DNA of 15,123 nt, from assembly GCA_038203565.1 (NCBI GenBank), contig JBBRDV010000031.1, positions 1 through 15,123 of the forward strand. The letters are read 5' to 3'. Positions 1 to 7,018 of this stretch are shown here, piece after piece (the first letter of the stretch is position 1; every line of letters starts with the position of its first letter). The notes below the pieces were generated by a model. That model was not told where the DNA came from. It saw only the letters and a list, made by a program, of their open reading frames with translations, and ran no database searches. Both the position numbers and the translations under genes were made by a program. Origin of the DNA: Atribacterota bacterium (GTDB lineage Bacteria; Atribacterota; Phoenicimicrobiia; Phoenicimicrobiales; Phoenicimicrobiaceae).

Positions 1-38
1 AAACACATATTTATTACTAAATTTGTTATAGTTATTAT

Positions 39-125
39 AGGGGGTCAGGTCTCAACATTTGACATAAGCATCTTAATTATTTAGTTTAATATTAACTTAT
101 GTCAAATGTTGAGACCTGACCCCCT
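39..125. mobile_element. MITE-like element: perfect 30-bp terminal inverted repeats with a 27-nt AT-rich spacer
   Basis: AGGGGGTCAGGTCTCAACATTTGACATAAG (39-68) is the exact reverse complement of 96-125. No coding capacity and no clear target-site duplication. The repeat is certain, but mobility is inferred. Confidence 0.6.
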
Positions 126-137
126 TTACTTCTAAGA

Positions 138-198
138 AAATGGGATGTGTCCCTATTTTTCCCAAATGGGATGTGTCCCTATTTTTCCCATTTTTCCC
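138..198 (+). repeat. Tandem 26-bp repeat (2 full copies plus a partial) of a REP-like palindrome, GGGA-TGTG-TCCC core
   Basis: AAATGGGATGTGTCCCTATTTTTCCC at 138-163 and 164-189, then partial ATTTTTCCC at 190-198. Confidence 0.9.
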
Positions 199-207
199 AA
201 TAAAATC

Positions 208-2199
208 TTAAATAGAATACTCAAATTCAAATGAATCTCCTGAATTTCCAATGAAAATAACATAAGAACCTGAGCTTACAGCTACCTCTTTTACTCCATT
301 CAACAAACTGTCATATTTTACTTTTAAATCAGGAGAAAAAATAATGATCCTCCCTGCTTTGGATAGGACTCCTTTAAATATACCATCCTTCTCAAATCGT
401 CGGCATTCATTTTGATTATCCTGGTCAATACTTATCTTCTCTCCAATTTGTATCACGGGAACATCAGCAGCATCCATCAAGATATAACCCGAAAATGTCA
501 AAACATTTTTCCCATTTTGCTCCGTAATTTTAAATTCCAATAAATCCCTGGCATAGGGAAACACCATGATACCCGTATTTTCATCTTTTAACCCATAGAG
601 TGTATATGTATCTTCCACACCAAGATAAATATAACCTGGCAACTCAGAAACTATCCCCGTTTTTACCGTAATTGTACTCAAATCAATGGCACTTAAATTG
701 ATGGGAAGCCATTGCTTTTCAATAAATTTGCTGGCATCCACCGTTTGGCTGACTGCGGCTATGTTTTCTCCGATAACAATGCTAGTATCGGTTTTTGGTA
801 AATAAGCCACTATTAATTTTTTACCGAAACTCTCACTAAAGGACATTCGCATACCAGTCGGACTATAAAAATAGCCATCTTCTTTATAGGGATAGGTTTC
901 AGTAGTTATAAATTCTCCCTGGTTAAACTTTTTGTATACTAAGGCACCATTCTCTTGATCAAATTCGGCTTTAATAATATTCCCACTGTCACCATAGTAC
1001 CCTGCAAAGCTTAAAATCTTATCTGGTATGGTCGCATTTTTTGGTATAAGTTTTAAAGCTTCTTCACTTTTTTTAATTATTCCTTTTTCCTCTAATAATG
1101 CTTGGGTAATTTTAGTGGCAATTTTTGCCGTATCCGCAGCCCCTGCAAAAATAACCGCAACGGATAAGTTTTCTTCCGGGACAATATATAGCTGTGAAGT
1201 GAACTCCAGTGTCCCCCCGTTTTTACTTAATACCTTCACCCCTTGTGGTACAAAATCTGCCACCGAAACCATATCCCAACCTAATCCATAATTAGTATAA
1301 GGTGTTCCAGACGGTACTGTTTCACTGGCATATTGGGCACTGGTATATTCAGTAAAAGATTTTTGGCTCATTATTTGGTTAGTCAAAAGCGCTTGAGAGA
1401 ATTTACATAAATCTACTGCGGTTGAGGATATTCCCCCAGACCCCATAATATTTACATATTCCAAGGGATATGCGCTGCCGTCTTCATTGTGGTATTTTTT
1501 AGCCACATTACTACTCCCTTCTTTAAAGTAGCAACTGGTATTGGTCATATCTGCCTTGTTAAAAATATTCTGCAAATATTCTGCATAAGTCTGACCAGAA
1601 ATTTTTTCAATTAAGGCCTCTGCTAAGGTAAAACCATCATTGCAATAAACGCTCAACACTCCAGGGTCGCCTTTTAAATTACTTTCCGATAAGTATTTCA
1701 TAAAGTTTTTAAGATAGGTGGAATCCACTCCCGATGCAAATCCGTTATAAACATAAGTTCCTGGCATCGCCGAGGAGTGATTAAGTAGCATCCTTACGGT
1801 GATGCCCTTATATCGGCTATCCTGCATGGTAAACTCTGGCATAAAGTTAACCACCGGTTGATCCAATTCCAGCTTTCCAGACTCGCAAAGCTGAAGAACC
1901 GCCGCAGTGGTAAAGACCTTACTGATGGAACCGATATTAAACTGGGTGCTGTCTTCCACCGGAAGATCCTTCTCCCGATCCCGCATGGCAAAGCCTTCTG
2001 CATAAACAACTTTTCCATTATCCATAATAGCCACAGTTGCACTAGACGATGCACCAGCTGTTAGTGCATTCCAAATTTCAGTTCTTGCGGTAGTAATCGT
2101 TTGCTCATAATCCTTACTATCAGCCATAGAATTATAGCCCGATAACAGTGCTAAAACTAATAAAAAACAGAGTCCAATCATTAACTTCTTCTTAAACAT
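208..2199 (-). CDS. Secreted serine hydrolase, beta-lactamase class C / D-Ala-peptidase-like family, with long C-terminal extension
   Basis: 663-aa ORF with an N-terminal signal peptide (MFKKK plus hydrophobic stretch), FNIGSISK (SxxK), LLNHSS, YCN (YxN) and KNGG at the third motif. SD AAGGAG upstream. Confidence 0.88.
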   Translation of the reverse strand: MFKKKLMIGLCFLLVLALLSGYNSMADSKDYEQTITTARTEIWNALTAGASSSATVAIMDNGKVVYAEGFAMRDREKDLPVEDSTQFNIGSISKVFTTAAVLQLCESGKLELDQPVVNFMPEFTMQDSRYKGITVRMLLNHSSAMPGTYVYNGFASGVDSTYLKNFMKYLSESNLKGDPGVLSVYCNDGFTLAEALIEKISGQTYAEYLQNIFNKADMTNTSCYFKEGSSNVAKKYHNEDGSAYPLEYVNIMGSGGISSTAVDLCKFSQALLTNQIMSQKSFTEYTSAQYASETVPSGTPYTNYGLGWDMVSVADFVPQGVKVLSKNGGTLEFTSQLYIVPEENLSVAVIFAGAADTAKIATKITQALLEEKGIIKKSEEALKLIPKNATIPDKILSFAGYYGDSGNIIKAEFDQENGALVYKKFNQGEFITTETYPYKEDGYFYSPTGMRMSFSESFGKKLIVAYLPKTDTSIVIGENIAAVSQTVDASKFIEKQWLPINLSAIDLSTITVKTGIVSELPGYIYLGVEDTYTLYGLKDENTGIMVFPYARDLLEFKITEQNGKNVLTFSGYILMDAADVPVIQIGEKISIDQDNQNECRRFEKDGIFKGVLSKAGRIIIFSPDLKVKYDSLLNGVKEVAVSSGSYVIFIGNSGDSFEFEYSI

Positions 2200-2355
2200 T
2201 TTTTCTTCTCCTTTGTATTTTGATGTTGGTTAGAATCATGGCCTTCTAACCACGGTTTCTGGTCATCTCTAAAGCCATGTGAGATAATAAATCTGTTCAG
2301 ATTGAGGGTGTAGTTACTTAATCTTTTGCAACTCTTCCATCACCCCTTTCCTTAT

Positions 2356-2987
2356 TTAATCTTTTAGAAACTCGCTCACTACTATTTTATAGATCTGTGG
2401 CTGTTCTATCTGATGCAGATGGGAAGCATTGGGAATCACCGCCATTTGAGCCTGCGGAAAAGCCATTTGAAAATCCTTTACGGTTTTTACGCCTGCTTCG
2501 TCGTTATCACCGCAGGTAAGCAATACCGGGATGGTTATTTCATGAAGCCTGGGATATAGGTCGAAATCCTTCAGCTTACCGGTAACGGTAAACTCACTGG
2601 GTCCCCACATGGTTTGGCATACCTCCATATTTAGACCGTCAAGCGCCTCCAACAAAGAATCAGGCCAAGGATTAAGGTGACAGACATGCCGGTTATAATA
2701 GGCCATCATCGCCGTCTGGTATTCTCCGGTGTAATCGCCGCTTCTTTCACCATTTTCTATTGCTTTTATCATAGCAGATGGCATTTTTGTGATATATTCC
2801 CGCTGTTCACGATCCCAAAGAGAGGTGCTCAAAAGAGGGGCAGATAAAATCAGTGAACTGCAGAGCCTTAATAACACCCTCAAGCTCTGCAACAAAATAT
2901 TCAAGAGATTGGTGTGTTCTTTTTCTCCTTTCCGTAAACCGAATACCATATTTTTTTGCCCCCAATATCGAGGTAGCCTTCATCCAT
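2356..2987 (-). pseudogene. Proline iminopeptidase-like (peptidase S33, alpha/beta hydrolase) pseudogene with two internal frameshifting deletions
   Basis: GGAGG SD and ATG at 2987 give MDEGYLDIGGKKIWYSVYGKEKKNTPI. A second frame gives LEYFVAELEGVIKALQ (~2905-2858). A third frame gives SLILSAP...MWGPSEF...GDNDE...ASHLHQIEQP to the stop at 2356. The HGGPG and GxSxG motifs are absent. Confidence 0.85.
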
Positions 2988-3060
2988 TTTCACAACCTCC
3001 CTTTCGCTACTTTATGTCAACTTTATTTATCTAATTTTAAAACAAAAATAATACTTGTCT

Positions 3061-3089
3061 AATAAAATGGGATGTGTCCCTATTTTATT
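3061..3089 (+). repeat. Third copy of the REP-like palindrome, same orientation as 138-189
   Basis: AAATGGGATGTGTCCCTATTTT at 3065-3086. It extends to the hairpin AATAAAAT-GGGA-tgtg-TCCC-(T)-ATTTTATT. Confidence 0.9.
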
Positions 3090-3095
3090 CAAAAT

Positions 3096-3132
3096 AAAAA
3101 AAGAACAGATTCAATTAATCTGCTCTTTTTTT
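3096..3132 (-). terminator. Rho-independent terminator after ferredoxin (probably bidirectional)
   Basis: On the minus strand: A-tract, GAGCAGATT-aattg-AATCTGTTC, then a T-tract, about 30 nt after the ferredoxin stop. Confidence 0.85.
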
Positions 3133-3163
3133 ATTTATATTATTTTTTTATTGCCTACTCATT

Positions 3164-3349
3164 TTACTCGCAAGTAATGGCTTCTACCGGACAACCATCG
3201 ACAGCCTCTTTGCATGATTCAATCAAATCATCCGGTACCTTGCTAACTTTTACTGTCGCTATATCATCCTTCATTTCAAATACTTCAGGACAGGTATCTG
3301 CGCATAATCCACACCCGGTACACAAATCTTTATCAACTACAGCCTTCAT
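3164..3349 (-). CDS. fdx: Single-cluster [4Fe-4S] ferredoxin
   Basis: 61 aa, CTGCGLC...CP ligand pattern plus two extra Cys, acidic. SD AAGGAGG upstream. Confidence 0.95.
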   Translation of the reverse strand: MKAVVDKDLCTGCGLCADTCPEVFEMKDDIATVKVSKVPDDLIESCKEAVDGCPVEAITCE

Positions 3350-3499
3350 TTTACATTTTCCTCCTTCTATTATAATTACCGATTTTAAAATTCATTAGTT
3401 AATTAAGTGTAAATTCAACACCACTTTAATTTTTATTTTCTTTGTAATTATCGACCAATAATTTTCCCTATTAAAAGAAAATTTATTTATAACATAGAA

Positions 3500-3528
3500 A
3501 GCATACCTTAAAAAAAGATAAATTTCAA
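3500..3528 (-). promoter_or_regulatory. Putative sigma70 promoter for ferredoxin
   Basis: TTGAAA (3528-3523), 17 nt, TATGCT (3505-3500) on the minus strand in the rnz-fdx intergenic region. Confidence 0.55.
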
Positions 3529-3565
3529 GTTTTTTAACAATTTTTTTATATCCCGTCAATAATCC

Positions 3566-4510
3566 TTATATCTCATATTCCATAAAATCCTCTGCTAATA
3601 TAGTTTCAGGAAATACGCTCTGGGCCTCAACAAGTAAATCACTCTCGGTTATTGTCAACTTATTATTCGAGCTATATCGAGGACTAATGTGAGTTAGTAT
3701 CAATTGTTTAACCTGGGCTTCTTTGGCAGCCTTGGCAGCTATTGTGGTAGTCGAATGAAAATTTCTCTTAGCTAGGTCTTCTTCCTGTTGGGAAAAAGTT
3801 GTTTCATGAATTAGGAGATCAGCGCCTTTAGCCAGATGCAATAAACTTTTACAATAAGTAGTATCACCACAAAAGACTATCTTTCTACCTTTTTTAATTT
3901 TATTTAAAAAATTCTTACCCTGAAAGATTCTTCCATTTGGTAATTCAACTGTTTTGCTCTCTTTTAGAGTACGATAAATTGGACCAGGAGGGATATTCAA
4001 TCGGCGGGCTTTATCTATTAAAAAATGACTCCTATCCTTTTTTTCTTCGACAGAATAGGCATAAGTTTTAATATTGTGATTTACTTCTGTGTATCTTACT
4101 ATATCCTCCTCATCTTCCCAGATTATTCCTGCTGATAAATTTGGTGGAATAATTTTTATCTCAATTTCATAAGGGATATAGGTCTTGGTTATATTTAAGG
4201 TTTCTTTTAAATATATATCGAGACCTTCGGGGCCAAATATTTGTACTTTACTCTGATTTTTTCCACCCCTTAAACCCCGGGAAGCTAATAACCCAGGAAG
4301 TCCAAATAGATGATCTCCATGTAAATGAGAAATAAAAATCTTCTCTAGCTTAGATAATTTCAAAGAGGTTTTCTGAATTTGTTGTTGAGTCCCCTCTCCA
4401 CAATCCCATAACCAAATTTTGTTTTTATTTTTAAAAACAAGAGCAATAGAAGATACATTGCGTTCCAAAGTAGGCATGCCCGAACCGGTGCCTAAAAATA
4501 TAACTTTCAT
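3566..4510 (-). CDS. rnz: Ribonuclease Z
   Basis: FLGTGSGMPT..RN, DCGEGTQ, SHLHGDH metallo-beta-lactamase motif, GP-containing exosite (IPPGP), GDT, HETTF, HST, LTHISPRY. Confidence 0.95.
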   Translation of the reverse strand: MKVIFLGTGSGMPTLERNVSSIALVFKNKNKIWLWDCGEGTQQQIQKTSLKLSKLEKIFISHLHGDHLFGLPGLLASRGLRGGKNQSKVQIFGPEGLDIYLKETLNITKTYIPYEIEIKIIPPNLSAGIIWEDEEDIVRYTEVNHNIKTYAYSVEEKKDRSHFLIDKARRLNIPPGPIYRTLKESKTVELPNGRIFQGKNFLNKIKKGRKIVFCGDTTYCKSLLHLAKGADLLIHETTFSQQEEDLAKRNFHSTTTIAAKAAKEAQVKQLILTHISPRYSSNNKLTITESDLLVEAQSVFPETILAEDFMEYEI

Positions 4511-4528
4511 TAATTTTCACCTAATTTC

Positions 4529-5023
4529 TTAATCATTTCTTCCACACTCAGCAGCTTGACCTTTTAAAATTTCTATACCGTGCGGCAGCGCCTCTAATAC
4601 TATTTCTAAAGATTCTCTCACTCCTTTAGGGCTGCCGGGTAAATTTATGATCAAACTTTCTTTTCTAATCCCTGCCACCCCTCGAGATAATATCGCTCGA
4701 TTGGTCTTTTTAAAACTTTCACTTCTGATGATTTCACTAATCCCTGAAACCTCTTTTTCTATCACTGCTAAGGTAGCGTCTGGAGTAACATCTCTTTTGG
4801 CTAAACCCGTTCCTCCGGTAGTTAAAATTAAATCGAGATGTAATTTATCAACTGCCTTTATCAACTCTGCTTGAATAATTTCCTTTTCGTCTGGAATAAT
4901 TTGATAATATTTAACTTCTCCATTAATCTTCTTGACTACTTCTTCGATTACTTTTCCACTTAGATCTTCTCTCTCTCCTTTTGACCCTTTATCGCTTATG
5001 GTTAAAATCCCTACCTTAATCAT
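4529..5023 (-). CDS. mog: Molybdopterin adenylyltransferase, MogA/MoaB family
   Basis: TISDK, DLSG, TTGGTG...RDVTPDAT, SRGVAG, NLPGSPKGV. Start overlaps the MOSC stop by 4 nt. Confidence 0.93.
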   Translation of the reverse strand: MIKVGILTISDKGSKGEREDLSGKVIEEVVKKINGEVKYYQIIPDEKEIIQAELIKAVDKLHLDLILTTGGTGLAKRDVTPDATLAVIEKEVSGISEIIRSESFKKTNRAILSRGVAGIRKESLIINLPGSPKGVRESLEIVLEALPHGIEILKGQAAECGRND

Positions 5024-5472
5024 CCTGAAACCACCTCAATTTCATCACTGGCTTTTACTTTTCCGCCCTCTAAAACTCGGGCAAATATTCCTTCTCTGGG
5101 CATTACACAATCCCCAATCTTTTTCCTAATTTCGCAACCATGGTGGCATTCTTTTCCTATCTGGGTTACTTCCAATAAAACATTTTCTCCAACTTTCAAT
5201 TTTGTCCCCAAAGGAAGTTGATATAGAACAATACCTTCTATAGTTAAATTCTCAGCAAAATCCCCAAAAGATAATTGATAACCCTTATCACGCATCTTAT
5301 TTATACTTTCAATTCCCAAAAGGCTAATCTGTCGATGCCATTTGCCTGAATGGGCATCTTTTTCTAATCCAAAGTCTTTAATTAACATTCCTTCAGCTAT
5401 CTCTTTTTTTATAGTCCCCTTCTTTTCACTTCGACATACAGCTACTATCTTTCCTTTTATTTTATTATCCAT
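5020..5472 (-). CDS. MOSC domain-containing protein
   Basis: GLEKDAH...RQISLL, GDFAENL, LEVTQIGKECH.GC, CVMPREGIFARVL.GG: stand-alone MOSC signature. Confidence 0.9.
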   Translation of the reverse strand: MDNKIKGKIVAVCRSEKKGTIKKEIAEGMLIKDFGLEKDAHSGKWHRQISLLGIESINKMRDKGYQLSFGDFAENLTIEGIVLYQLPLGTKLKVGENVLLEVTQIGKECHHGCEIRKKIGDCVMPREGIFARVLEGGKVKASDEIEVVSG

Positions 5473-5506
5473 TTTTCCTCTTTCTCCTTATCATTTATCT
5501 GTATAT

Positions 5507-6004
5507 TCAATCCCTCTTTTTTAATGGTCTCGAAAAATGCCCACTCTTGCCTCCGCTTTTTTCTAAAAGATATATCAATTTAATAGTCATCCCCCTATCT
5601 ACTGCCTTACACATATCATAAATGGTAAGACCAGCAGCTGCAACTGCAGTTAAAGCTTCCATCTCCACTCCGGTTTTGCCCATGGTTTTGACTTTAGATT
5701 GAATAATAATCTTATTTTCATTCTCATTGATTGTAAAATTAAGATCCACATTAGTAAGTATTACAGGATGACACATGGGAATAATCTGGCTGGTCTTTTT
5801 AGCAGCCATGATACCGGCTACCTGGGCTACTGCCAAAACGTCTCCCTTGGCAATCTTTCTATCTTTAATCATTTTCAAAGTCTCTGGTTGCATAACTATA
5901 GAACCTTCCGCAATAGCTATTCGTTGTGTATCTTCTTTACCTCCAACATCCACCATATGCGCCCTTCCATTTTTATTAAAATGGCTTAGTTCTTTTTCTT
6001 TCAT
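5507..6004 (-). CDS. moaC: Cyclic pyranopterin monophosphate synthase
   Basis: LSHF...[56 protein letters not shown]. Confidence 0.97.
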   Translation of the reverse strand: MKEKELSHFNKNGRAHMVDVGGKEDTQRIAIAEGSIVMQPETLKMIKDRKIAKGDVLAVAQVAGIMAAKKTSQIIPMCHPVILTNVDLNFTINENENKIIIQSKVKTMGKTGVEMEALTAVAAAGLTIYDMCKAVDRGMTIKLIYLLEKSGGKSGHFSRPLKKRD

Positions 6005-6007
6005 TTG

Positions 6008-7018
6008 CTATCCTCCAATTTTAGACATATTAAAAAAGTCTCTATTTGAGAATTTCTTATTTAATTTATGGCCTTCGGGTTTTATGTTTATTGCTTCTTC
6101 AATATTATTTCTTATTATTTTACTCCTGATTATTTTATCATCGGTTTTTGCATTCCTTATTGCCTGCTTAATATCAACCTCTTTATTAGAAAACAAACAA
6201 GGCCTGAGTTTGCCTTCGGAAGTTAACCTTATCCGATTACAGGTTTCACAAAAATGCTGGCTCAAGGCAGTAATAAAACCTATAGTACCTTGGCCACCTT
6301 TGATCTGGTAATATTTTGCCGGTCCATTGCCTGATCCAGTATTAATAGGATCAAATGAGTATTTTTTTTCTAAACTCTCCTTAACCTCTAAAACTGAAAT
6401 AAATTTATCCTTATAATTGCCTATAACCTTTTCTCCGGAAGGCATTAATTCGATAAAACGAATATTTAACGGTCTTCTTAAGGTTAATCTTACAAAATCT
6501 TCTACTTCATCATCGTTGATTCCTCTAATTAGTACAGTATTAATTTTGACAGGCAGTAATCCTGCTTTTAAAGCAGAATTGATTCCTTTCAGTGCTTTTT
6601 CCAAGCTTCCTCCACGAGTGATTCTATTATATTTTTCTTCCTGCAGGGAATCTAAGCTAATATTCACCCGATTCAGTCCAGCATCTTTTAATTTTTTGGC
6701 ATACTCACTTAAGAAAAAACCATTAGTAGTTAAAGATATATCTTCTAATTTTTTAATCTCTCTTAATTTCCTTATAAAATCTACTACTCCTTTTCTGGCT
6801 AAAGGTTCGCCTCCTGTAATCCTGACCTTGGTAACACCTAAATTTACCGCTTCTTTGATAATTTCTACAATTTCTTCATACCTTAAAATTTCTTCATGCG
6901 GAATAAATTCAAATTGTTCTTCGGGTTTACAGTAAATGCACCTATAGTTACATCGATCGGTAATAGAAACCCGAAGGTAGGAAATTTCTCTGCCAAAATT
7001 ATCTATCAGTTTATTCAT
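6008..7018 (-). CDS. moaA: GTP 3',8-cyclase (radical SAM)
   Basis: YLRVSITDRCNYRCIYC (CxxxCxxC), TGGEP, FCETCNRIRLT...PCL second cluster, C-terminal MSKIGG. Confidence 0.97.
   Translation of the reverse strand: MNKLIDNFGREISYLRVSITDRCNYRCIYCKPEEQFEFIPHEEILRYEEIVEIIKEAVNLGVTKVRITGGEPLARKGVVDFIRKLREIKKLEDISLTTNGFFLSEYAKKLKDAGLNRVNISLDSLQEEKYNRITRGGSLEKALKGINSALKAGLLPVKINTVLIRGINDDEVEDFVRLTLRRPLNIRFIELMPSGEKVIGNYKDKFISVLEVKESLEKKYSFDPINTGSGNGPAKYYQIKGGQGTIGFITALSQHFCETCNRIRLTSEGKLRPCLFSNKEVDIKQAIRNAKTDDKIIRSKIIRNNIEEAINIKPEGHKLNKKFSNRDFFNMSKIGG

Noticed and set aside
138..198. CRISPR array
   Set aside because: The units are directly adjacent with no unique spacers, there are only two full copies, and no cas genes are in the window.
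208..2199. Bona fide antibiotic-resistance beta-lactamase
   Set aside because: Family motifs alone do not imply beta-lactam hydrolysis. The size and motif variants differ from AmpC enzymes.
2244..2301. Integron attC site (TTCTAAC ... GTTCAGA)
   Set aside because: The R boxes deviate from RYYYAAC/GTTRRRY, there is no convincing L-box pairing, and no integrase is visible.
2314..2340. Tiny ORF MEELQKIK* after the pseudogene with a purine-rich upstream tract
   Set aside because: Eight codons with no recognisable similarity. It may be a relic gene start but cannot be supported.
2356..2949. Intact 197-aa protein as given in the ORF track
   Set aside because: The first ~31 residues are out-of-frame pseudogene sequence. 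The true start is 2987 in another frame, and the catalytic Ser motif is missing.
3072..3398. 108-aa plus-strand ORF
   Set aside because: Antisense shadow of the ferredoxin. It starts inside the palindromic repeat and crosses a terminator.
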